Source: Squalus acanthias
Taxonomy: Eukaryota
Direction: 5' to 3'
DNA length: 64,000 nt
Assembly (NCBI GenBank): GCA_030390025.1
Contig: JASTWF010000337.1
Coordinates: 62,001 to 126,000, forward strand
Shown: positions 9,339 to 21,200 of the stretch, piece by piece
Layout: each line of letters opens with the position of its first letter
Numbering within the stretch: the stretch's first letter is position 1
Made by a program: the position numbers and the translations under genes
The notes under the pieces: model-generated
Database searches by the model: none
What the model saw: only the letters and a program-made list of their open reading frames with translations
Told to the model about the DNA's origin: nothing

Positions 9339-10722
9339 TGTAAGGGGTTACGGTTCAGGGTGCTTGTGCGAGGTTAGGCCTTCTTGCTTGCTCTGGTCTC
9401 CAGCCAGCCTTGTTGCAATAAGCACCTGTGAGTGGTTCGACCCACTCGCCCTTACGGTTCTAACACTAGACTTAGGTGCGAGAGCAGTAATGCAGAGAAA
9501 ACTCAAATAGACCCGGTTGAATAGTACGAAATGGAAATCTTTATTGCATAACGTCCAAAATCATGAAGTACATGTCATAGGCACAAATTAATGACAGTAC
9601 AAGTATACATACATTCATAAAACTTGGTCTAGGGTAATGAGGATCGCACGGCACATTGTAAAAAGGGGAACACATTATATTTATCCTTAATAAAACCACC
9701 CTCCCCTATTAATACCTACACTAATCTAGATTTGTAGGATCGAGGAAACATGCTCACCACTCGTGATACTTCGGAGAATTTTTAAACGAGGCACTCGGCT
9801 TGTTTCGCTGCAACACCTGACTGTCACGTGTTGGAAGGGGTCTCTGTACCCCACTTGTTTATTTTCGCTGCTCCGGCAAGCAGGCTGGGCTCCCCGTTGT
9901 CATGAAGAACTCGACAGTGCTCGGACACGGTTGTAGAAGTCCAGAGAGACAATCAAAAGCTCACCAGTCAAGCGAGTCCATGAAGCGGCAAGCGAATAAG
10001 AGAACAGCAGTAATCAGCCAGATAAGAGACATAAGCAAGAGTTCAGCCCGAGTCAAGATTCGAATCAAGAGAATAAGCCTTTGATGAACATTTGTTCACT
10101 ATAGTTATAGTGCTGTGTTCCCTTATCTCCCGCTCAAATCTTGATGTTTGTCCTTTGTGTAATACTGGTGCACAAAACTCCCAGCATGGGGCGATTCTTT
10201 CCTTTAATGGGTTTCGGTAGCACCTTAAACTGGCCAACTACCCGTTAATGCTTTCCCCATTGTCGAACCGGCTAGGAGTCTCCCTGACTGGTTTTGGGGC
10301 CTTCTCGAATACTGACTTAATCACCCGTGAATGGCTCTCTCATTGTAGAGCCGTGGGGGTAGTTGTGGATTGATGTATCTGGATGGGCCTTCGATTGCCC
10401 AGTACAATGGTCCTTACTTGTGCATGGAAAACGATTCCAGCACTTATCTCTTGCTATTGTGTCGAATGCAGACAGGTTGCATCCTGTCTTTATCAGTGTT
10501 TGCTGCGTATTAGCCAATCTTTACTGAAATGTTTATTCGAATGCCATTTTGTCTGCCCACTGAAATTCTGGAAGCTTCTGCCACGAGGTGCGGCGGCCAT
10601 TTTACAGGCTTCTTGTGTCCGTTTTCTGAACCTGACAGCATTTTGCTGAAATAAAGCTGTTTTACGAAACTGTATGTCTCTTTCTCATTATTTTGAAATC
10701 GCGATAATTTGCGAATTCTACA
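9339..10722 (-). repeat. 5' LTR (1384 bp)
   Basis: Direct repeat of 1999-3382; minus strand reads TGTAGAATTC...CCCCTTACA and is followed by the PBS. Confidence 0.95.
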
Positions 10723-11905
10723 CATCCCGGGCAGCAATGTGCTCCCATGCTGCTGACCCATCCGCCTCCACAAGGTCTTCCTCCTCCTCCTCTTCCTCTT
10801 CCTCTTCCTCCTCATCTGAGGATGCTGTGCGCTGAGCCACTTGTTCCTCAGGCAGCTGCAAGCCACGATGTTGTGAAGTGCACAGCAGACCACGACGATT
10901 CTGGAGACCCTGGCTGCTGAGTACTGTAGGGCTCCACCTGATCTGTCAAGGCATCTGAATTGCATTTTGAGCAAGCCGATGGTTTGCTCGATGATGGCTC
11001 TGGTGGAAATGTGGCTCACATTGTAGCGGTCCTCAGCTTCGTTTGATGGCCTCCTCAACGACGTCATTAACCATGTCTTCAGGGCATAGCCCTTGTCTCC
11101 AAGTAGCCATCCGGAAAGTTGTGTTGGCGGATTGAAGAGCTGAGGCACAGTAGACTGCCGCAGGATGAACGAGTCATGGCAACTGCCAGGGAACTTGGCG
11201 CAAACATGCATAATGTCCTTCCTGTGGTTACACACCAGCTGGACGTTAAGGGAGTGGAAGCTCTTGCGGTTGACAAATACAGCTGGGTTGTGATGGGGTT
11301 CCCTAATGGCCACATGTGTGTGGTCTACGACGCCCTGCACACTTGGCAAACCTGCCAGCTTTGCAAAGCCAACCGCACGCGTGGTTACACTTGCTTCATC
11401 CATGGAGAGGTGGATGTAATTGTGCGCCTTTGCAAAGATGGCATCGGTAACCTGCGTGATGCAGGTGTGTGTGGCTGACTGGGAGATGCCGCTGATGTTT
11501 GCTGATGATTCCTGGAAGGACCCTGAAGCAAAACATTTGAGCGCGGTGGTGACTTTGACAGCCACTGGTAAGGAGTGTCCACCCGCTCCTCTAGGCTCCA
11601 GGTGCAGCAGTGCGCAGATGTCAGCGACTACCTCTCGCGAAAGTCTCAACGTGCTTTGGCACTGCTGCTCTGTTGGCAATGTTGAGGAAGCTCATCCTCA
11701 TCCTGTAAACCCTGTGTTGGGGGTATCTCCTGCGGCGTGGAGCAGCCCTGCGCTGACGCCCTCTGCCCTGTGCAGCATCAGGTGGGTGAGGAGGAGGTTG
11801 GCGCTCCTGTTGTTGCTGCTGCTGTTGTGCCTGGTTCTGCTGCTGCCGTGGCTGCTCTTCCTCCGAATCTGAGGACCAGGATGAGAGGATATAAATGGTT
11901 CTCAT
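10723..11905 (-). pseudogene. Harbinger/PIF DDE transposase (HARBI1-like), frameshifted and interrupted
   Basis: Motifs [55 protein letters not shown] and CCALHN. Frameshifts near 11680 and 10860; the C-terminus is at 1960-1998. Confidence 0.9.
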
Positions 11906-12310
11906 GCTGCTGGTAGATAGCTCAGTTGAGGACTAGAAGTTATACGTGCTCATTCAATGTGGGGAGAGGGTTTTCCCAGGAGGTCACTGTGGAGATGGAT
12001 CTCAGCTTCACCACTTACAAGCTCAGTAGACCTGTAAAAAGTGTTCCAACACCTGAAAAAACAAAGTTCTGTCATCTGTCAGTTAGTCATGTTAGAGCTC
12101 CGTTTTTATGCTGGAGCTGCAGCTGTCAAGTAGCCAGGCACTTGCTGAACCCGGTACAATCAGCTGGCGTGGTTTGGGAATGGCGTGGAACAAGCAGAAA
12201 ATGTGCTAAAATTGAAATACGCTGTTAAAATAGGCTTATCCAGGCAGTTAACAAGCTGTGTGTGTGAGGGAGATTGTGAGTGAGAGAGAGACTGTGAGTG
12301 TGTGAGAGAC

Positions 12311-13022
12311 TTCTTTTTCAATTTGTTTATGAGATGTGGACATCGCTGGCAAGGCCAGCATTTATTGCCCATCCCTAATTGCCCTTGAGAAGGTGGTGGT
12401 GAGCCGCCTTCTTGAACCGCTGCAGTCCGTGTGGTGAAGGTGCTCCCACAGTGCTGTTAGGGAGGGAGTTCCAGGATTTTGACCCAGCGACGATGAAGGA
12501 TCGGCGATATCCTTCTCAGTCAGGGTGGTGTGTGACTTGGAGGGGAACTTGGAGGTGATGGTGTTCCCATGCGCCTGCTGCCCTTGTCCTTCTAGGTGGA
12601 AGAGGTCGCGGGTTTGGGAGGTGCTGCTGAAGAAGCCTTGGCGAGTTGCTGCAGTGCATCTTGTAGATGGTACACACTGCAGCCACGGTACGCCGGTGGT
12701 GGAGGGAGTGAATGTTTAAGTTGGTAGATGGGGTGCCAATCAAGTAGGCTGCTTTGTCCTGGATGATGTCGAGCTTCTTGAGTGTTGTTGGAGCTTCACT
12801 CATCCAGGCAAGTGGAGAATGTTCCATCACACTCTTTACTTGTGCTTTGTAGATGGTAGAAAGGCTTTGGTGAGTCAGGAGGTGAGACATTAGCCACAGA
12901 ATACCCAGCCTCTGACCTGCTCTTGTTGCCACAGTATTTATGTGGCTGGTCCAGTTAAGTTTCTGGTCAATGGTGACCCCCAGGATGTTGATGGTGGGGG
13001 ATTCGACGATGGTAATGCCATT
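12311..13022 (-). mobile_element. 5'-truncated non-LTR retrotransposon 3' end (CR1/L2 group, distinct from the CR1s downstream)
   Basis: ORF 12516-12932 (IYKAQVKSVMEHSPLAW...KKLDIIQDKA...SLHHRR) resembles a LINE ORF2 C-terminus and is followed by a 3' UTR with an A-rich end. Satellite flanks both sides. Confidence 0.75.
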
Positions 13023-16000
13023 GTGAGTGTGTGAGAGAATGTCAGTGTGTGTGAGAGACTGAGTGTGTGAGAGACTGTGAGTGTGAGATAGACTATGAGT
13101 GTGTGAGAGACTGTGAGTATGTGAGAGACTGTGATTGTGCGAGGGACTGTGATTGTGCGAGGGACTGTGAGTGTGAGAGAGACTGTAAGTGTGGGAGAGG
13201 CTGTGAGTGTGTGAGAGACTGTGAGTGTGTGAGAGAGACTGTGAGTGTGAGAGAGACTGTGAGTGTGTGAGAGACTGTGAGTGTGTGAGAGACTGTGAGT
13301 GTGTGAGAGACTGTGAGTGTGAGAGTCTGTGAGTGTGTGAGAGACTGTGAGTGTGAGAGACTGAGTGTGTGAGAGACTGAGTGTGTATGAGAGACTGTGA
13401 GTGTGAGAGAGACTGAGTGTGAGAGAGACTGTGAGTGTGTGAGAGATTGTGAGTGAGCGAGAGAGACTGTGAGTGTATGAAAGACTGAGTGTGTGAGAGA
13501 GACTGTGAGTGCGTGAGAGAGACTGTGAGTGTGAGAGACTGTGAGTGTGTGAGAGAGACTGAGTGTGTGAGAGAGACTGTGAGTGTGTGAGAGACTGTGA
13601 GTGTCTGAGAGAGACTGTGAGTGTGTGAGAGACTGTGACTGTGTGAGAGAGACTGTGAGTGTGTGAGAGACTGAGTGTGTGAGAGAGACTGTGAGTGTGT
13701 GAGAGACTGTGAGTGTGTGAGAGACTGTGTGTGAGAGAGACTGTGAGTGTGAGAGAGACTGTGAGTGTGACAGAGACTGTGAGTGAGAGAGAGACTGAGC
13801 GTGTGAGAGAGACTGTGAGTGTGTGAGAGAGACTGAGTGAGTTTGAGAGACTGTGAGTGTGAGAGACTGTGCGTGTGTGAGACTGTGAGTGTGTGAGAGA
13901 CTGAGTGTGTGAGAGACTGTGCGTGTGTGAGACTGTGAGTGTGTGAGAGACTGAGTGTGTGTGTGAGTGTGTGTGAGAGGCTGAGTGTGTGTGTGAGTGT
14001 GCGTGAGAGATTGAATGTGTGAGAGACTGAGTGTGTGTGTGAGTGTGTGTGAGAGACTGAATGTGTGAGAGACTGAGTGTGTGTGTGAGTGTGTGTGAGA
14101 GACTGAGTGTGTGTGTGAGTGTGTGTGAGAGACTGAATGTGTGAGAGACTGAGTGTGTGTGTGAGTGTATGAGAGAGACTGAGTGTGTGTGAGAGTGTGT
14201 GAGAGAGACTGAGTGTGTGTGTGAGTGTGTGAGAGAGACTGAGTGTGTGAGAGACTGTGCGTGTGTGAGACTGTGAGTGTGTGAGAGACTGAGTGTGTGT
14301 GAGTGTGTGAGAGAGACTGAATGTGTGAGAGACTGAGTGTGTGTGTGAGTGTGTGTGAGAGGCTGAGTGTGTGAGAGAGACTGTGAGTGTGTGAGAGACT
14401 GAGTGTGTGAGAGAAATTGTGAGTGTGTGAGAGACTGTGAGTGTGTGAGTGAGTCTGCGAGTGTGTGTGAGAGACTGTGAGTGTGTGAGAGGGACTGTGA
14501 GTGTGTGAGAGGAAATGTGAGTGTGTGAGAGGGACTGTGAGTGTGTGAGAATGACTGAGTGTGTGAGAGAGACTGAATGTGTGAGAGGCTGTGAGTGTGT
14601 GAATGACTGAGTGTGTCAGAGAGTCTGTGAGTGTGTGTGAGACTGAGTGTGTCAGAGAGATTGTGAGTGTGTGTGAGAGACTGTGAGTTTGTGTGAGAGA
14701 CTGAGTGTGACAGAGACTGAGTGTGACAGAGACTGAGTGTGTGAGAGACTGAGTGTGTGAGATACTGTGAGTGTGTGAGAGAGGATGCGAGTGTGTGAGA
14801 GACTGAATGGGTGAGAGGCTGTGAGTGTGTGAATGACTGAGTGTGTCAGATAAACTGTGAGTGTGTGTGAGACTGAGTGTGTGAGAGACTGAGTGTGTGA
14901 GAGAGATTGTGAGTGTGTGTGAGAGACTGTGAGTTTGTGTGAGAGACTGAGTGTGACAGAGAATGAGTGTGACAGAGACTGAGTGTGTGAGAGACTGTGA
15001 GTGTGTGAGAGAGACCAGTAGTATTTGTGAGAGACTGTGAGTGTGTGTGAGAGTCTGTGAGTGTGTGTGAGAGACTGTGAGTGTGTGAGGGAGACTGTGA
15101 GTGTATGATAGACTGAGTGTGTGAGAGACTATGAGTGTGTATGAGAGACTGTGAGTGTGTGAGAGAGATTGTGAGTGTGTATGAGAGACTGTGAGTGTGT
15201 GAGAGAGATTGTGAGTGCGTATGAGAGACTGAGTGTGTGAGAGACTATGAGTGTGTGAGAGACTGAGTGTGTGAGAGACTATGAGTGTGTGAGAGACTGA
15301 GTGTGTGAGAGAGATTGTGAGTGTGTGTGAGAGACTGTGTGTGTGAGAGACTATGAGCATGTGAGAGACTATGAGTGTGTGAGAGACTGAGTGTGTGAGA
15401 GACTGTGAGTATGTGAGAGACTGTGAGTGTAAGAGACTGTGAGCGTGTGAGAGACTGTGAGTGTGTGAGAGACTGTGAGTGTGTGAGGGAGATTGTGAGT
15501 GTGTGAGACTGAGTGTGTGTGAGACTGTGAGTGTGTGAGAGACTATGAGCGTGTGAGAGACTGAGTGTGTGAGAGACTGTGAGTATGTGAGAGACTGTGA
15601 GTGTGAGAGACTGTGAGCGTGTGAGAGACTGTGAGTGTGTGAGGGAGATTGTGAGTGTGTGAGACTGAGTGTGTGTGAGACTGTGAGTGTGTGAGAGAGA
15701 CTGTGATTGTGTGAGAGACTGAGCGTGTGAGAGACTGAGCGTGTGAGAGACTGAGTGTGTGAGAGAAACTGTGAGTGTGTATGAGAGATTGTGAGTGTGT
15801 GATACTGAGTGTGTGAGAGACTGAGTGTGTGAGAGAGACTGTGAGTGTGTATGAAAGATTGTGAGTGTGTGAGACTGAGTGTGTGAGAGACTGTAAGTGT
15901 TTGCGAGACTGAGTGTGTGAGAGACTGAGTGTGAGAGAGAGTGTGAGTGTGACAGAGACTGTGAGTGAGAGAGAGACTGAGCGTGTGGGAGAGACTGTGA

Positions 16001-16707
16001 GTGTGAGAGACTGTGAGTGTGAGAGACTGAGTGTGTGAGAGAGATTGTGAGTGTGTGTGAGAGACTGTGAGTTTGTGTGAGAGACTGAGTGTGACAGAGA
16101 ATGAGTGTGACAGAGACTGAGTGTGTGAGAGACTGTGAGTGTGTGAGAGAGACCAGTAGTATTTGTGAGAGACTGTGAGTGTGTGTGAGAGACTGTGAGT
16201 GTGTGAGGGAGACTGTGAGTGTATGATAGACAGAGTGTGTGAGAGACTATGAGTGTGTATGAGAGACTGTGAGTGTGAGAGAGAGATTGTGAGTGTGTAT
16301 GAGAGACTGAGTGTGTGAGAGACTATGAGTGTGTGAGAGACTGAGTGTGTGAGAGACTGTGAGTATGTGAGAGAGATTGTGAGTGTATATGAGAGACTGA
16401 GTGTGTGAGAGACTATGAGTGTGTGAGAGACTGAGTGTGTGAGAGACTGTGAGTATGTGGGAGATTGTGAGTGTGTGAGATTGAGTGTGTGAGAGACTGT
16501 GAGTGAGAGAGACTGTGAGTGTGTGAGAGAGACTGTGAGTGTGTGAGAGACTGAGCGTGTGAGAGACTGAGTGTGTGAGAGAGACTGTGAGTGTGTATGA
16601 GAGATTGTGAGTGTGTGAGACTGAGTGTGTGAGAGACTGAGTGTGTGAGAGAGACTGTGAGTGTGTATGAAAGATTGTGAGTGTGTGAGACTGAGTGTGT
16701 GAGAGAC
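13023..16707. repeat. Satellite, ~16-22-bp monomer GACT(GT)GAGTGTGT(GA)n
   Basis: Continuous tandem variants of GAGAGACTGTGAGTGTGT; a short patch of the same repeat also lies at 12257-12310. Confidence 0.95.
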
Positions 16708-17017
16708 TGTGGGAGAATCTAGAACTAGGGGTCACTATTTAAAAATAAGAGGTCGCCCATTTAAGACAGAGATGAGGAGAAATTTTTTCTCACAGAGGGT
16801 CATGAGACTTTGGAACTCTCTTCCTCAGAGGGCGGTGGAAGCAGAGTCTTTGAATATTTTTAAGGCAGAGGTAGACAGATTCTTGGTAAGCAAGAGGATG
16901 AAAAGTTATCGGGGGTAGGTGGGAATGTGGAGTAATCGAAACAGCCATGATCTTATTGAATGGCGGAGCAGGCTCGAAGGGCCGAGTGGCCGACTCCTGC
17001 TCCTAATTCATATGTTC
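16708..17017 (+). mobile_element. CR1 LINE 3' fragment
   Basis: GESRTRGH.LK...EMRRNFFSQRV..LWNSLP ORF2 tail, 3' stem-loop GGAGCAGG...CCTGCTCC and a TATGTT end. Very similar to 32047-32355. Confidence 0.9.
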
Positions 17018-18226
17018 GAGAGACTGTGAGTGTGTGAGAGAGACTGTGAGTGTGTGAGAGAGACTGTGAGTGTGTGAGAGAGACTGTGAGTGTGTGTGAG
17101 AGACTGTGAGTGTGTGAGAGAGACTGTGAGTGTGTGAGAGAGACTGTGAGTGTGTGAGAGAGACTGTGAGTGTGTGTGAGAGACTGTGAGTGTGTGTGAG
17201 AGACTGAGTGTGTGAGAGAGACTGTGAGTGTGTGAGAGAGACTGTGAGTGTGAGAGAGAGACTGTGAGTGTGTGAGAGAGACTGTGAGTGTGTGAGAGAG
17301 ACTGTGAGTGTGTGAGAGAGACTGAGTGTGTGAGAGAGAAAGTGAGTGTGTGTGAGAGACTGTGAGTGTGTGAGAGAGACTGTGAGTGTGTGAGAGAGAC
17401 TGTGAGTGTGTGAGAGAGACTGTGAGTGTGTGAGAGAGACTGAGTGTGAGAGAGAGACTGTGAGTGTGTGAGAGAGACTGTGAGTGTGTGAGAGAGACTG
17501 TGAGTGTGAGAGAGAGACTGTGAGTGTGTGAGAGAGACTGTGAGTGTGTGAGAGACTGAGTGTGTGAGAGACTGAGTGTGTGAGAGACTGTGAGCGTGTG
17601 CGGGAGCCTGTGAGTGTGTGAGAGAGACTGTGAGTGTGAGACTGAGTGTGTGAGAGAGACTGTGAGTGTGTGAGAGAGACTGTGAGTGTGTGAGAGACTG
17701 TGAGTGTGTGAGACAGACTGAGTGTGTGAGAGAGACTGTGAGTGTGTGAGAGAGACTGTGAGTGTGTGAGAGACTGAGTGTGTGAGAGAGATTGTGTGTG
17801 TGTGTGAGAGACTGTGACTCTGTGAGAGAGTCTGTGAGTGTGAGAGATACTGTGAGTGTGTGTGAGAGACTGAGTGTGTGAGAGACTGAGTGTGTGAGAG
17901 GCTGTGAGTGTGTGAGAGAGTCTGTGATTGTTTGAGTGACTGTGAGTGTGAGAGAGAGACTGTGAGTGTGTGAGAGAGACTGTGAGTGTGTGAGAGAGAC
18001 TGTGAGTGTGTGAGAGAGACTGTGAGTGTGTGTGAGAGACAGTGAGTGTGTGTGAGAGACTGTGAGTGTGTGAGAGAGACTGCGAGTGTGTGTGAGAGAC
18101 TGTGAGTGTGTGAGAGAGACTGTGAGTGTTTGAGAGAGACTGTGAGTGTGTGAGAGAGACTGTGAGTGTGTGTGAGAGACTGTGAGTGTGTGAGAGAGAC
18201 TGTGAGTGTGTGAGAGAGACTGTGAG
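17018..18226. repeat. Satellite, mostly regular 20-bp monomer GAGAGAGACTGTGAGTGTGT
   Basis: Tandem array seen directly. Confidence 0.95.
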
Positions 18227-21200
18227 TGTCGTAAGAATGAGCCTTACGCGTGGTGAACTTAAAGTAAGCTTTAATCAACTAAAAAAGGTGCTACATACAA
18301 AAGAGGTCTTACTCTATGCCTCTCCAGGATCCAACTGATCAGTCCAGTATTTATCCTGGACTAATCACAGGAAGTGATGCAATAAAGTTCGAGTCACAGG
18401 AAGCTGTATTGTGTTACCACATTCTCCCCCCACAAAAGATTAGGAGGCCGGGATGAAGTTCGAGTCACAGGAAGCTGTATTGTGTTACCACATTCTCCCT
18501 CCATTTCGTAGCCGCTGGACGAGGGAGAGCCGCACCCGTTTGGGTTCTCGTAGCGGTAGAGGGCCCCTAGCCCGTTTACCCGCCGCAGGCCGTGGACCAG
18601 AGTCCGAGTGATCCAGCCCGCTCTGTGAGGGGTCAGGACGATCCTGACTGTGTACTGGTGCCCGAACGGGTGTCGGGCAGGGCTGTGGCAGATCCGTTTC
18701 TGAGCGTACGGTACAGGGTGGAACGTGGCTGCGCGTGCGAGCCCCGACGGGCTCATAGTCAGTCTGCCCCAGGTCGGCACGCTGGAGTGAGGTACCAGCC
18801 GGCGTTAGATCCAGATCGTGATGAGAGGCACCTGGCGAGCCCAGAGATGTGCCTGGTACAATATCATCCCCTGGTGTCCCTCTATGTTTCGGCGGGCAGG
18901 GAGCCAGATCCCGCAATGACACGGTAGATTCCCGACCGTCAGGATACCGAATATAGGCGTAGGTAGGGTTGACATCAGTGAGCTCAACCTCATCTACCAG
19001 GGGGTCATTCTTAGACGCCCGGACATATCTTCGGAGTAGCACTGGTCCCGGTGCAGTCAGCCACGACGGGAGAGATATCCCATAGGATGAGCGACGCTGA
19101 AATCGGAAGAACCGTTCATGAGGCGTCGTATTTGTGGCGGTCGAAAGGAGGGACCGTGTGGAGTGTAATGCGTCTGGAAGTACTGCTTCCCATTGCTGGT
19201 TGGGTAGGCCCCGAGATCTCAAAGCCAGACGTACCGCATTCCAGATGATAGCGTTAAAACGCTCGACTTGCCCATTCCCGACCGGATGATAAGGCGTCGT
19301 TTTGCTGGCAGCAATACCCCGTTCCGAGAGATAGGCCTTGAGTTCTCCTGACATAAAAGAAGGGCCCCGATCCGAATGAACATAGGATGCCATGCCACAG
19401 AAAGCAAATACCTGCTCAAGGCAGCTGATAACCGTGGACGTCAGCATATTGGGGCAGGGAAAGGCAAACGGAAAACGGGAATACTCATCGACCATGGTCA
19501 ATAGATGAGTGTTGCGAGTTGAAGAGGGCAATGGCCCCTTAAAATCGATGCTAAGCCATTGCATTGGCTGGGTCGCATGTATGAGTATACCACCCGAGGG
19601 GCGGAAAAACCGAGGTTTCAATTCCGCACAGACTCTGCAGTCCGAGCACATCTTCTTTACATCCCCGGTAGAGAATGGGAGATTTCGGGACCGCACGAAG
19701 TGTAGCATGCGAGTAACGCCCGGATGACACAACCCATCATGGATGTCTACGAGCGTAGAGGGTGCCATGGCGGAGCAGAATGCTCGTGTGAGGGTATCTG
19801 GAGCCACATTCTCCTTGCCAGGTCGATAGTGGATGGTGTAACCAAAAGAGGCCAATTCCAGCCGCCAAAGCTGGATTTTATTATTTTTAATTTTGGTCCG
19901 TTTTCGATTATCGAGCATGAAGGCGACCGATCGCTGGTCCGTGATAAAGGTAAAGTGCTGGCGAGCTAGGAGGTGACTCCACTTCCGTACTGCCTCTATG
20001 ATGGCTGTAGCTTCTTTCTCGACTGGAGGATAATGTAGCTCAGTCCCTTGAAAAGTCCTGGACAAAAATGCCACCGGACGACCTTCCTGATTCAGAGTGG
20101 CCGAGATCGCCACCTCCGAGGCATCACACTCAACGACAAAAGGAAGACTCTCATCGATGGAGTGAAGAGTCGCTTTCTGCAACTGTTTTTTCAGGAGGTT
20201 AAAGGCTGCAACAGCCGCTGTGTCTAGTGGGAATGTGCTGGCCTTCAGTAGAGGTTGGATTCGGTCCGAGAAGTTAGGAATCCATTTAGCATAGTATGCA
20301 AACAGGCCGAGGGCCCGGCGCAAGGAGGCCGGATTCTTAGGTGGCGGGAGTTCTTGGAGTGGGCGAAGCCTTTCAGGGTCAGGTTTAATGATGCCATTGC
20401 CCACACAATAGCCAAGGATGTTGATGGTTGGTTGTGACTCAATGGATTTAGCCGCATTTAATGTCAAATTACGGTGCTGGAGTGCATCCCAAAATCGCTG
20501 GAGATTGGCGTCATGTTCCCGCTGATTGCGACCTGTGACAGTAATATTGTCCAGATAAGGAAACGTATCCTTCAAGTCTTCCTGTTTGACCAGGTCATCC
20601 ATTGCTCGCTGGAAGACAGCCACTCCATTAGTGACCCCAAAGGGGAGGCGACGAAATTGATACAGCCGTCCATTGGCTTCAAAGGCCGTATACTGCTTGT
20701 CTGAGACCTTCAAGGGTACCTGATGATAGGCACTTTTTAGATCATATGTTGAGAACACCGTGTACTCAGCCAATTTATTAACCATATCATCGATGCGCGG
20801 CAATGGGTATGCGTCCAAGTCCGTATATTGATTGATGGTCTGTGAATAGTCAATGCACAGCCGTTTCTTGTGAGGTTGTAGAGGGTTCTTAACAATAACG
20901 ACCTGGGCGCGCCATGGCGACGAACAAGGCTCGATGATATCCTCTGCTAAAAGCCGAGAAATCTCAGCCGCAATAAAAGACTGGTCTTCCTGACTGAAAC
21001 GTCGTGACTTTGTTATAATTGGTTTGCATCGAGGAGGGATACTGGAAAACAGTGAGGGTTCATCCAGTGAAGCTGCTGACAATGCACAGAATGGTAATCG
21101 AGGTAGTATATTAGAAATAGGGAGTTCAGGTTTAGATCCGCCGAACTCAATGGTGAGCTTCTTATGCTGCTTTTGAAAATCCAGCCCTAAGATAAGATCA

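Larger units (their letters stand above)
1999..10722 (-). mobile_element. Complete pol-less LTR element / endogenous retrovirus-like provirus: LTR-PBS-gag-ORF3-env-PPT-LTR
   Basis: Two 1384-bp direct repeats with TG...CA ends, 4-bp TSD CATC (1995-1998 and 10723-10726), PBS, PPT, gag with CCHC knuckle, and env. No protease, RT, RNase H or integrase motifs in the 5956-bp internal region. Confidence 0.93.
1373..12256. mobile_element. Decayed PIF/Harbinger DNA transposon, interrupted by the LTR element at 1999-10722
   Basis: HARBI1-like transposase on the minus strand converges on a second ORF remnant on the plus strand. No clear terminal inverted repeat seen; the sequence runs into satellite at about 12257. 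Confidence 0.75.

Noticed and set aside
10510..10722. C-terminal extension of the 389-aa transposase ORF
   Set aside because: Chimeric: after a frameshift the ORF runs into the LTR. The real C-terminus is at 1960-1998.
10723..11905. Domesticated host HARBI1 gene
   Set aside because: Frameshifted, interrupted by a provirus and paired with a convergent second-ORF remnant, so it is a transposon copy.
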